A DNA stretch of 53,804 bases from NCBI RefSeq assembly GCF_000281045.1, contig NW_008246128.1, positions 186,617 to 240,420 on the forward strand, written 5' to 3'. Below the pieces are notes generated by a model. That model was not told the origin of the DNA, searched no databases, and was given only the letters and a program-made list of their open reading frames with translations. The DNA comes from Saprolegnia diclina VS20. Lineage: Eukaryota. The translations under genes and the position numbers were made by a program. Within the stretch, counting starts at the first letter, position 1, and every line of letters begins with the position of its first letter. Positions 11,433 through 23,355 of this stretch are shown here, one piece after another.

Positions 11433-12282
11433 CCAGATGTGCAAACCTGCTTTGCGCTGTCAACGTGGCTGAACGCAGTGCGAACCTCTGCTTGTAGGAG
11501 CCATTTTGAGCCGGCGAACGAAAGCGCGAGGCGACTCGCAGGACACGAGGAGCTCACGAGGCGCTGGCATGAGCGGATGCTCCATCTCCTGCGCACCGCT
11601 GCTGGCGACCATGTATTCCACGCATACACGAACGAAGCTATCAGCTCAGCACCTCGCACTATCGTGGCCACGTTCACGCGCCGTGTGGACTGGCTGTTGG
11701 CGTCTCGTGATGTCATCATGGACCCTTGGACATCGCGAGCTCGCCGACAAGGGCGCCATGTGCTAGCCCACCGCTCTGGCTCGAGATCCACGCGATTCTA
11801 CACTTGCTAGCATGCAGCCCACCACTGCATGCTGTCTCAGCTTCGGCGCAGGCGACCCTCGCTTCAAGTTCATGCTGCCACTACGCTTATTACCAACGTT
11901 TTGGCTCACCTCGCTTCGGCTTGCTGCCATACCCTCTACATTCTACGGCTTGGGTCGACGCGTCGCCTCGAGCTAGTCGTAGCAGCGCGCATGGCCAGCG
12001 TCTTGGCCGTCGACCCCAGGCTCCTGCAGTCAAACCGAGGCTTTTTTAAAGTGGATGGCGCTGTAATACAACACTTATGTCGACGTATTTTTAGTCTCAC
12101 AATTTATTATCCATACAATAATATAGATTATACATTTTAAAATGCATTGCAAATCCAGTTGCCAGAGAATAAAAATAGGCATTTAATCGTGCGGCGGCCC
12201 ATCTCTCTTGGTGTTTGTATGCACGGCTTTCCCCTCGACGGTAGGTCCAATAAATTCCACAAAACCAAGCCAGCGACGAAGG

Positions 12283-14003
12283 ATGGCCACAACGACCGCT
12301 TCCGTGCAGAAGACGTCCGCGAAGGGCGAGACGCTCCGTGGCAAGGCCAAGGAGAAGGATGTGCGCATGAGCAACATCATCGCGGCCAAGGGTAGGCTGC
12401 TAGATGACGGCGAAACCTTATACTCATGGGCGAAATGCAACATTTGTAGCGATCGCCAACGCCATCCGCACGAGCTTGGGCCCGCGTGGCATGGACAAGA
12501 TGATCCAGCAGGGCAACGGCGAGGTCATCATCTCGAACGACGGCGCGACCATCTTGACGCAGATGCAAGTGTACCACCCGACGGCCAAGATGCTCGTGGA
12601 CCTCTCCAAGTCGCAGGACATTGAGGCCGGCGACGGCACCACGAGCGTGTGCGTCATTGCCGGCGCGCTCCTCTCGGCGTGCGAGGACCTTCTCCAGAAG
12701 GGCATCCACCCGTCGCACATTTCGGAAGCCTTTGGCCTCGCGGCGACCAAGGCCGACGAGATCCTCACGGCCATGTCGCGCCCCGTCGACTTGAACAACC
12801 GCGACGAACTCATCAAGTGCGTCACGACGTCGCTCTCGTCCAAGGTCATCTCGGAGTACTCGGACCGCCTCTCGCCCATTGCGGTCGACGCCGTCCTCAA
12901 CGTTATTGACATTGCGACGGCCGTCAATGTCGACTTGCGCGACGTCAAGGTCGTCAAGCAGCTCGGTGGTACCATTGACGACTCGCAGCTCATCAACGGT
13001 CTCGTCTTCTCCAAGGTACATGGAACGATCACCTCCATCTTCCTCTTATGCATCGCATATCGTGTAGGGCTTTGAAAAGTCGAGCGGCGTCGACATGCCG
13101 ACGACGATTGCCAACGCCAAGATTGCGCTCATCCAGTTTTGCCTCTCGGCGCCCAAGACGGACATGGAGAACAACGTGGTCATCAACGACTACTCGGCCA
13201 TGGACCGCATCCTGCGCGAAGAGCGCAAGTTCATCTTGAACCTCTGCAAGCAGATCAAGAAGGCTGGCGTCAACGTGCTCCTCATTCAAAAGTCCATCTT
13301 GCGCGATGCGACCTCGGACCTCTCGCTGCACTTCCTCGCCAAGATGGGCATCCACGTCATCACGGACATTGAGCGCACGGACGTCGAGTACATTAGCACG
13401 ACGCTCGGCTGCCTCCCCGTCGCCCACATTGAGTCGCTCACGCCCGAGAAGCTCGGCACGGCCGGCCTCGTCCAGGAAGAGTCGCTCGGTGGCCACAAGG
13501 TGGTCAAGATCACCGAGGTTGTCCGCCCCGGCAAGACCATGTCGATCCTCGTCCGCGGCTCCAACAAGCTCGTGCTCGAGGAGGCCGAGCGCTCGCTCCA
13601 TGACGCGCTCTGTGTCGTGCGCTCGCTCGTCAAGAAGCGCTTCCTCATTTGCGGTGGCGGCGCCCCGGAAATTGAAGTCGCGTTGCGCCTCGGCGAGTAT
13701 GGCCGGACGCTCGAGGGCACAGCGGCGTACTGCCTCCAAGCCTTTGCGGACGCGCTCGAAGTCATTCCGTACACGCTGGCCGAGAATGCCGGTCTGCACC
13801 CGATCGGCATGGTGACGGAGCTCCGCGCCAAGCACGCGGCGGGCGACAAGGCGGCCGGCATCAACGTGCGCAAGGGCACGATCAGCAACATGTACGAGCT
13901 CAACATCCTGCAGCCGCTGCTGGTCAACACGAGCGAGATCTCGCTCGCGTCCGAGTGCGTGCGCATGATCCTCAAGATCGACGACATTGTCATGGTCCGA
14001 TAA
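12283..14003 (+). CDS. CCT4: T-complex protein 1 subunit delta (CCT chaperonin); exons 12283-12391, 12450-13015, 13068-14003
   Basis: [74 protein letters not shown]; two GT-AG introns keep the frame. Confidence 0.95.
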
Positions 14004-14854
14004 ACGGTTAGTAGGTTAGTAGAACACAACAACAACAGCAGCAACAAACCCATTTTATATGTTTGCTTGTTTACACTATTCTCGGTACGCACCGCATCGA
14101 TATAAAACTAAAGTGTTTTATAGCCCTTGATCCCGACTCGCGCCGAGATTCGTCAGTAAGCAGTGCGCAGCCTTTCATGACGCAGGTCCCCACAGCGTCA
14201 CAGCTTGCGGCGCACGTCCGGCGAGGAGGAAAGTACGCAACTGATGCTGTTTCTTCAGAGCCGTGGGGTCCGCCGAAAATGAAGTACTCGTATCCGGAAT
14301 CAACCCGCGACCAATGGCAGGCAGGAGGCTGACGATAGCGATCACATCGACCATAGGTCACGCCCGCCGCTGTATCCAAACCAAGGGAATATTGGTTATT
14401 GCCTTAGTCAAAACGCACTGCCCGTCCAGCTTCAACGGCTCATCGCTTCGTAGAAATGCAGCATTCGATGGGCTCTGGGTCGTCGCGATGCTTGTTTTTT
14501 AACGTTACAAAGCGCTTTATATCTGTCGTCGACGCTTGCGCGCAATGCACGATGCCTTTGTTGGCGTAGAGTAGCTTGCTCTGCTCTCCCAAGTGCCTTC
14601 TATCTATGTGCCAACTATGGGCGATTACATTCCAAACATGCTTTCGTCGACCAAATGGCCTTGGCGCTCAGGTAGCGGGTTTAGAAATGGCACGAGAATC
14701 TTATTTCTGGCATGTGCCGCATCTACCTCGTGGATTCGGCAGCCCAACTTGGCGCCCATTGAACGTATGTAATGCGAGAGGTATGTGATTGGCGAGGTTT
14801 ATCCGGATGGCCCAGCAGCGGGAAAAGCGGTCATTCATTTGTGGCATTCCAAAG

Positions 14855-17800
14855 ATGCAACTCGACGACCTTGGCCGCCTCCTCGACGACTCGCTCTCGG
14901 CGGACGCCGGTCGGCGCCAGGCCGCAGAGGCCGTCCTCACGCAGTCCTTCACGTCGCCCGGCTTTGCGCTGCTGTTGGCGCAGAGCCTCCAGCTGTCGAT
15001 GCCATTGCCGCTCGCCCACCTCGCGTCGCTTCTGCTCAAGAAGGTCGTGATTGCCCATTGGGAGGTCGACGAGAGCAACGGGTATGTGATTGGCGACGAC
15101 GAAAAGACGTCGATCCGCGCGACGCTCGTGCATGGCCTCTCGCAGCTACTGCACGGCGCGGCGCCGACGCATGCGAATGACTCCAAGTTCCAGACCGCGC
15201 TATGTCTCGTGCTCGCCGAAGTCGTCAAGCACGACTGGCCGGAAAAATGGCCCGACCTCTTTCCCGTCGTCCTTCAGCTCCTCTCGAGCACCGAGAACGA
15301 AGCCCACGTCCAGTTTGCGATCAAGTTTTTCTCGTGTGCGATCGACCACGTCGCCAGCGAACACTTTGTGGCGCTCATTCCGCTCCTCTTCCCGCACCTC
15401 GAGCGCCTCTTCACGGCCGACCAGTCACCATCCCGGCTCCGCGCCCGCGTCATTGCGATCGTACAGACGTGCTTGACCATGACCGGCGTCCTCGCCCACG
15501 CCGGCGACGCGGCGGCGGGCCAAGTCCTCCACGCCAACGTCACGCCGTGGATCGGCCGGTTCGTTGCGCTCCTCACGCCTCAGCACGAGGCGCTGCATCT
15601 CTATGTCCTGCGCGCGCTCGCCGTCTTTGTCGGCGAGTGGCCCAAGGACATGAGCAGCCTTATTCCCGACATCCTTCCGCCGGTACGATCGCTCTGTCGT
15701 ATTGGTTGATAACTTGATATTGTAGGTCTGGCAACTGCTCGTCGCCGGCGTGCCAGCCTACGAGACGCACGTTGTGCTCGCGACCGACGACGCCGACAAC
15801 AACGGCTACGATAGTGACGATGGCGCGTCGATTGGGCGCGCGGCGACCGTGGTCCAGCTCTTTGAGTTTGTGCGGTCGCTTGTGCAAGCGCCGACGAAGA
15901 AGACCAAAGGACTCATCGTCTCGGCCATGCAACCGCTTGTGCTGCACATGGTCTCGTACATGCAGATCACGGCCAGTCAAATGGAACTCTGGGAAGACGA
16001 CCCGAACAAGTACATTGCCGACGAAGACGACGATAGCATGGAGTACAACGTGCGCAACTCGGGCGTCGACTTGCTTCAGGAGCTCGAAACGGCGCTCGGC
16101 AGCAACATGCTCTCGACGATGATCCACGCCGCGCAGACGCGCCTCGCGGACGCAACGAGCTCGTGGCGGGTGCACGAAGCGTCCTTGCTTGTGATGGGCA
16201 CGCTCGCCAAGCCGCTCATGAAAACGGTATGTATCAATGTGTCAAGTGTGAAAATCGTGATCGATGGGAGTAGAGTGAGACGACCAAGGCGCTCGACATT
16301 GCGGCGTTCCTCGAGACGCTTTTCCGTGTGCTGCTAGCGCCCGAGACAAGTACGCTCCGACGACTTTGCGATGACAATGTGTACATTGCGCGTAGATGTC
16401 TACTTGAAGGCGCGCGCGCTCTGGTGCGCAAGCCGGTTTGCCAAGGCGATGAACGAAGCGCAGCTCCAGGCGTTCTTGGACGTAGCCGTGTCGGGCCTCG
16501 ACGTGCACCAAGTGCTGCCCGTCAAGCTCTATGCGTGCCGTGCGATCGGGCTCCTCCTCTTCCACGACCAAGGTACGCTACTTAAGATTGGATACATGGA
16601 TCGATTGATATTTGGGACTAGCCGATACGCTCGTGCAGCCGATGGCCGCCAACATCCTCGATCGTCTCATGGGGCTTTGCGCGTCGGCGACGACCGAGAC
16701 TATCCACGTAGTCTTGGAAACCATGGTACACAACTGTCCCTTGATACCTTGATGGAATGAGTGTGGAAACTGATCGAGTGTGAAAACTGCAGGCCAGCAT
16801 CGTGCACGCGGTCGACGCGCCGCATGTCGCGCCGATTGCTTTGCTGTTTGTTCAGTTTGTGCTCTCGCTCTGGTCGCAGCGCGTCGACGACCGCATGGTA
16901 CACGACATGACGATCTCGATCCTCGCGGCCTTTCTTGGGTTCGAAGCCGAGACCTCGACGCAGCTCGTCGTCGAAGGCGTCGTCGCCACGTACCGCCCTC
17001 TGTTGCACACGCTCCACGTGAGCCAAGCGATCGAGCTGCTCGAAATGGTCCTCAAGCACGCTTTGCCGCACGCCACGCCGTCGCTCCAGAGCTCGCTCGT
17101 CCGCGCAGTCTTGGACCCGCTTCTGGGGTTGCTTTTGAGCACGGACGACGGGTCGGTGCTGCAGGTCGGTGGTGATTGTCTCAAGTGGTGTGTCATGCAC
17201 GCGGCAAGCGATGTCCAGTCGACGCCCGTCACCGGTACCCGACTCTCTTTTGCAATAAGAAAGGAATGACGATGGATGCTAGGCATGTCGAACGGGGTCG
17301 ACGGCGTCATGCAGGTCGCGGCCAAGCTCTTGTCGCCCAGTGTCTCGGACGCGGTCGCAATCAACGTCGGCGGTCTCGTGAGCCAAGTGCTCTTGCATCT
17401 CGCGAGCGTGCTCCCGGTAGAGACGGTGCAGTCGCTCCTCCTCGCGGTTTCGCAGCGTCTTGCGGCCGCCGCCATGCCGTCGCTCGTCCAGTCGCTCTGC
17501 CTCGTCTACGCCCGCCTCATCCACTCGCACGGCGCGTCGGTGATTTTAGAGGCGCTCGCCGCGCTGCCGGCGCCGGCACATGGCCCAGGCCCGACCATGC
17601 TCGAGTTTGTGTGCGCGACTTGGGTCCAGCACCAAGCCGAGTTCTACGGCCAGTATGCGCTCAAGGTGACGGTGCTCGCGCTTCTCAAGATCGTCGAGGC
17701 CAACGACGTGCGGGTGGCCAACCTCCTCGTGCTCGGTGACCCCGTGGTCGATGTCGGGGCCAAGCGCACGCTCCGGTCGTCCAAGAAGACGCACGAGTTT

Positions 17801-18364
17801 ACCCGCGTGCCATTTTCAACCAAGGTGCTTGGCGTCTTGGCGCAGACGTACATCCTCGTTGCGATGGACGCGGAAGACGATGAGGACGCGCTTGGCGACG
17901 GCGCTGGCTGGTCCGACTCGGAGGACGATGACGAAGACGTGCGTTCTCTCTGGATGGGGATCGTTGGTGGCTGAGAACATTGTGGTGTAGGATGCACTGT
18001 ATGGCCAGGCGCAGATCTCGTCGACGTTTGCGCCCAGCGGTACTCCAAGTGCTAGATCTCCACATGTATGTTCAACTTGGACTAGACAAGTACCAGCTGC
18101 TCTCCGAGATGCTCGAAGACCAAGGTGGCTTCGGCGATGACGAGGGCGAGCCCGATGAAGACGCGCTCGAAGCGGCCATGGACCCACTCAACGAGATTGA
18201 TCTCAAGGTTTCAATCTATCAAGTTGCGTTTGTCTCATGCAACGGAGTAGAGCCACATTGCCCACGTCGTGCGCACGTACAGCGCGACGGCCAACTTTAA
18301 CGCGATCGCGTCGACCTTGTCAGTGTCGGAGCAGGACATTCTCAAGGACATTCTGCAAAGCTAA
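14855..18364 (+). CDS. IPO9: Importin-9-like karyopherin beta (about 8 introns)
   Basis: N-terminal IBN_N (RRQAAEAVL...LLLKKVVIAHW), DWPEKWPDLFP, QMELWEDDPNKYIADEDD, WRVHEASLL, acidic loop and C-terminal DPLNEIDLK; last exon ends ...LKDILQS*. Confidence 0.85.
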
Positions 18365-18388
18365 ATGCGACCGACGACAACTAGGAAG

Positions 18389-20887
18389 CTAGACCATGTA
18401 ATGGTAGCCTTTCTTGCGACCCTTTGTTGGTACATGTCCTGTATGCAGAGCAGCAAGCGCGTACGAGAAGCTACTGGAGCCACTTGGCGTGCACGTCTTG
18501 CACCATCAGAAACGAGTGGCTGTGATGCATGCGCTGGATCACTGCGAGCTGCTGCGCGACGAGCATTTGGTCGCCAACGAGGTCCGAGAGGTCTTCTTCA
18601 AACCGCTTTTGCTCGTCTTCGTCAAAGTACCTACAAGGTACATCGAGGCTCGCCCTTCCTATGCATTATTCGAGCCCGTACCCGCGGTTGCGGTCGTACA
18701 GGCTGCGGAGGTCGTTGAGCAGCACGACGAGGAGACCGAGGTCGCGGACGCCCAAGGACGCGTTCGCGCTGTGGCTAGCCGCCGCGCTCCACGAGATCGG
18801 TGGCACAAACGACGTTGGCGTCGACGGCCCCATCGCTACGGAATAGCGTCAAGTCATCGGACAAAAACGTACAAAAGTATATACTGGGCGACGAGTCGCA
18901 GCTGTTGAGCGTCTGGAGCACGGGCGGGTGCGAGGATGACGCGGCATGCGTCGACGAGGTGTTTTGCATGTTGAGAAGCCGCTCGATATCGCGCAGCGTG
19001 TAGCGCATCGTCGTGGCGACGGTCGCCGGGTCGTCGTAAATGCGTGCGCTTGTAAAGCGCAGAAAAGTCCTAACAAGACTTGATACAAACCTCCACTTGA
19101 TACTAAACGAGCGTACGACGAGAGGCGCGAGACAAGCGCGTAGACGCCGCCGGCGACGAGGAACATCGGTACGGTCGCCATCATCTGAAGGTTGAGCTGG
19201 TTCGCATCCATGAGCTCGTCGATGGCTTTCATCGCCACCATGAGCTCCTTCTTGATAAATTGAATCTACGGCAATCGATACATTGATAGAAAGCCGACAT
19301 CGTACGACAGACCTGGATGAGCATCATGCGGACAATGTCGCCCGTGACAATGTTCTTTAGGGCGCGGGGCAGCTCCTTCTCAAACTGAAGTGAGACGACC
19401 GACATGTCCATCGCTTGGGCCTAGGTATTTCGAATGCCAATCTCGACCAAAGGTGGTAGCTTCTACCAAAGCGAGCTGTTGCGACGACGGCAGCGACGGG
19501 TTGGTGTCCCGGATAAAGTCGGCCAGCATACGCTGAAGGCTCTCGCGCGAGTCTTCGAGAGCCCGCGGGTCTTGAATGCACGCCTTCTTGTTCAGAATGA
19601 CTTCGCCGACGATCGCGCTAGTCACAAATACATATGCGTTCGCTGAAATGCATCGATAATACCTCAGGGGCGTCACCAAATGGTCGCCGACAAAGTCCCG
19701 GACAGCGTGTTGCACCGTTTGCATCCAGTGACCAAGCGCTTGGCGGTTCTTGACAAGGTACGAGGCCCCCGCGAGTGCACCGAGGCCGGCCAACGACAGC
19801 TGCCACCACCTAATGCATCAATCTATCAAAATATCAAGCCACCACACGCGTACCGGCGGCGCAGAAAGTGCGGGATCTGGCACGGTCGAAGTGTCTCGTT
19901 GAGCGCCGTCTAGGGTCCAGAGATCGCTACGCATACTGTAGCGAGCGGTGGCGATGTACCGTGTACAGGGTTTGCGTCGCCGGCAGCTGCTTGAGGTACT
20001 CGAGCAGAGCGGCGGTCGAGACCACATCCCGCGGCAGGCTCTCGAGCGCTAACACACGTCAGGGTTTGACGACCGTGCAAGGCTACGTACTCACAACGTG
20101 CTTGGCCGGCGGCGGCGCCAAGAGCGACGCTTCGGTCTGCGGCCTACGAGACAAAGTATGGTCATTCAAAGCTATATAGAGTCTGCGTACTTGACCAAAC
20201 TGGAGGTGGCGTACACGTGCTGGAGCACACGGTACGACTGGTGCACCAGGATCTGGTACCGGCGCGAGTCGGCGTGCTGGAGCGCAAGCAGCAGTTGCTT
20301 GAGCAGACCAATGCTTGTCTAGACGTCGTAGCCATGTATACCCTGTTGTAGGTAACACTACACGACGCACCAGGTGCTGGTCGTACGACTCTTCCAGCGC
20401 GCGGATCTTCTCTTCGGTGGGGACGATATCGCTACGAGACAAGATGACACATTGGACACGAAGGCCAGAGTACGTACATGGGCTGCCACAGTTTGTCGGG
20501 CGCCGTAAGGAGCGCGAGCTGCAGTGGCTGCTTCATCTGCCGCTTCCAGTAGCGCAGCGCGATCGGCACAAACGCTCCGGCGACGAGAAGGTGCTGGAGT
20601 GCGTCCTGCAGGTGCGTCACCGCGACGTCGCCCGTGAGCTCGAGCAGTGCGGCTTCAAAGGCGGCGTGGGCGCTTGCCGACGTGGTCGCGTGCTCGGTCA
20701 CGCGCGTATGGCAGCGGGCGACGTCGTCGAGCGTCACTGTGTGCTGCGCCAGCTTGTGCATCGTGTCGAGGAGCTCGAGCGCGATGGCCTTGTCGTCGTC
20801 GGCGCTGGCCGCGTGCTCGACTGCACGCAGCTGGCGGCGCACTTGGAGCTGGATGCCCGCGGGGTGGCGCCGGTCCGAGAAGGGCAT
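18389..20887 (-). CDS. NCA2: NCA2/DGS1-family mitochondrial protein (multi-exon; ends approximate)
   Basis: VRDFVGDHLVTPL, LEDSRESLQRMLADF, FEKELPRALKNIVTGDIVRMMLIQ, AIDELMDANQLNLQMMATVP, LRDIERLLN, DLGLLVVLLNDL and RFEEDLSDL are typical of the NCA2 family. Confidence 0.75.
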
Positions 20888-21424
20888 GATCGTCGAGTTC
20901 GTGGAGTACGCGTTGCGCCCCGATCACTTTTGGGCTAAAGTGGTTTGACGTATTTAACGCTCCGTGCTGCCAGACGTTTCTTGCGTTTTACATCATACAG
21001 CGCGGTAATCTCGCTTTTGATGCGACGCAAGTACCGCGATAGCTCGCCGAGGTAGGCAGTACCAGGTACGATCCATAGACCGTTGAAGACGACGACTAAA
21101 GGGACCTTCCCGCGGTGGGTCCTCCGCGATACGCCACGATGTACATACTTTGCAAGAGTGATGGTATTTTGAAAAGACACGTTGCACCACGGATTTCAGA
21201 AGCTGTAGCGCGCTATCGCCGACACGACGTAGCGTTTTGGACTCTCGGAAATGTCCTCTATCGACATGCCAAGTATGAGCAACTTTGTTTTCAGGTGCAA
21301 AGTTGCTGCCATCCGGCCGGCGCTGGCCGAGGTCGGGTTGGCATGACTCGTGATTGGTCAAAATAGAACCGATATTGGCCAATGCAAATCGTTTATTTTT
21401 TTAGCCTCGGTGATCGGCGACAAG

Positions 21425-21490
21425 GGAATCCTTGATCGGCGACTACTAAGTATCACCCATGATACTTAGTAGTCGCCGATCAAGGATTCC
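21425..21490. repeat. Perfect 31-bp inverted repeat with a 4-nt loop, followed by three tandem ATGAGTATCACC(C) units to ~21531
   Basis: ggaatccttgatcggcgactactaagtatca-ccca-tgatacttagtagtcgccgatcaaggattcc. Confidence 0.95.
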
Positions 21491-21699
21491 AAATGAGTAT
21501 CACCCATGAGTATCACCCAATGAGTATCACCGATCAGCTCTTGCCGCAAGATTATTGTACACAAAACGTTCTTAAATCATTCTACTATGTTATTCTACTC
21601 GCCTACAGTTGGCGTACTATGTACTGTCGAGTCCTCGAGTCCATTCGAGAGCATTCATGCGGAGGCGCTTTATGCTCGTCGCCTTCCACTCCAAAAGGC

Positions 21700-21777
21700 G
21701 ACGACCACAGTCTTCTCAAGCGCGGCCCGCCCGCATCGTTGCAAGTTGAGGGCCGCGCCGTCATGCAGGCGCCATCA
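21700..21777 (-). promoter_or_regulatory. SECIS element (type II) in the GPx 3' UTR
   Basis: Minus strand: AUGA-C GGCGCGGCCC UC AA CUUGCA-ACGA-UGCGGG C GGGCCGCGCU U-GA-G. This gives the AUGA/GA core, a 10-bp helix II, unpaired AA 13 nt after AUGA and an apical ministem. Confidence 0.85.
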
Positions 21778-21806
21778 TTACATGATGTTCTTGGAGATCG
21801 CATTGC

Positions 21807-22379
21807 TCATTCCGCGCGTTGGCCCAACGACAATGGTGCCTTGTCGTCGGCGAGCAACATCAAAATGTCGTCGAGGAGCCGGAGCGGCGGCGTGGTCGGG
21901 CTATAGCGCTTGAACGGCTGCCCGTTGCGCCGCACGAGGAACTTGGTGAAGTTCCACTTGATGGACGCGCCGAGCGTGCCGGTCAAGTGCGCCTTGAGGT
22001 ACCGGAACACGGGCTGCGCCTTGGCGCCATTGACGTCGCCTTTCGCAAAGATCGGAAACGTTGCGCCAAAGCCATTGGCAAAGTCGCGGATCTCGGTCTC
22101 AGAGCCAGACTCTTGGCCCGCAAACTGATTGCATGGGAACGCGAGAATACGCAGCCCGAGCGGCCGGAAGCGCCGGTCGAGCTCGGCCAAGTGAGTGTAG
22201 TTGAGCGTCGCGAGTCCTCATTGAGACGCAACGTTGACGACGAGGCAGACGCTACCCGCGAACGAGCTCATGGGCACAGTGCTGCCGCTTGGCGAGAGCG
22301 CGGTTGCGTCCCCGAACCGAGCAGGTAGGTTGCGGTGTGTGGGCATGGTATCCAGATCCAGACTGACCATCCAAGACAT
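21807..22379 (-). CDS. GPX: Glutathione peroxidase, selenoprotein (Sec UGA at 22220-22218); true start may lie further upstream
   Basis: ORFs 22218..22529 and 21807..22190 are in the same frame: VCLVVNVASQ-TGA-GLATLNYTHLAEL...ILAFPCNQFAGQE...FAKGDVNG...IKWNFTKFLV; SECIS ~40 nt past the stop. Confidence 0.9.
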
Positions 22380-23355
22380 GGCCCTGTCGCGGACCAGCGT
22401 AGAGTCGGCGCCAGACCTACCCCTGATACAATGCGATACGGTGGGCTTGACGACGTGACGACGCTGCAGAAATGTTGTTTCAAAGAGAGAGGACCTGCGC
22501 CGGGTGCGCGGTGTCGGTATCTTCGACACGCACGTACGGACCTCGCGAGGGGAATGGCGAGGGCGGCGACTCGGAGAGAGAGGCAGGAAGTGGCCTCGAG
22601 GTTACTCACGGATGCTTGTCAGTGCGTTGAAGCTGCTTACTCCGGACGTTGCAGCTGTGAGCTGTGGTGCGACTGATAGAGCAGGCGGCAGACGCGACTT
22701 GGTCGGCGCGATCGGAGGCCAGTTTGGATCCCTTGCACTGCACGCTTTGCTGGACGTACACGAGTCCCGCACATCGACAGAGCAGGTGCAATGACGTGAC
22801 TGATATATGTGTACACTGGATGTTGACACATGAGCTTTGCTCAAACTACGAATGCTTTGACAGAAGCGGAATGCTGAGATGCCGAGATGCTCCATGGATG
22901 AAATAGGTCATCGGTCACCCGTAGTCGCCGGTAGCACCGCAAAGCTCAGGTCGGGGTCTCACGTACTAGTATGTTATTTTTCCGGCTTCACCAGCATCCA
23001 CCACTTGATTTCGATGCATTTCGTATTCTAGAGCGCGGTAGGAGGCAAGCGCTCGAATGAGCCGGTCAGCGTTTGAAGCTCGACCGTCCGACTCGAGTGG
23101 GGTGGCGCTTTTTTGTGCGGTCGTTGTACCTTCAACGAGTCTGACGTAGCGAACGTGCTACGCGTAGAAGCCTCGTGAATGTAATGCGACTCTATGGAGA
23201 TACGCGCGCAGGTACCGAGGACTTGCAGACCTCTGTTGTGTTGCGTGCAACTGGACGGCTGATAAGGACCCGCTCAAATCGAATAGTTCAAATCGACTAG
23301 TCGTATAAATTATTCACAAATCTATGCATAGTATACAAAGCAAGCCAAGGCGCGT

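Noticed and set aside
11289..11810. 173-aa ORF containing the 25-bp duplication
   Set aside because: Non-ATG start and no recognisable domain; may be a decayed gene, but cannot be supported.
21493..21531. Short repeats as a CRISPR array
   Set aside because: 13-14-bp head-to-tail units without spacers, eukaryotic context, no cas genes.
21807..22529. GPx as a pseudogene with a premature stop
   Set aside because: The only stop falls exactly on the catalytic codon, all other motifs are intact and a SECIS is present; recoding is the simpler explanation.
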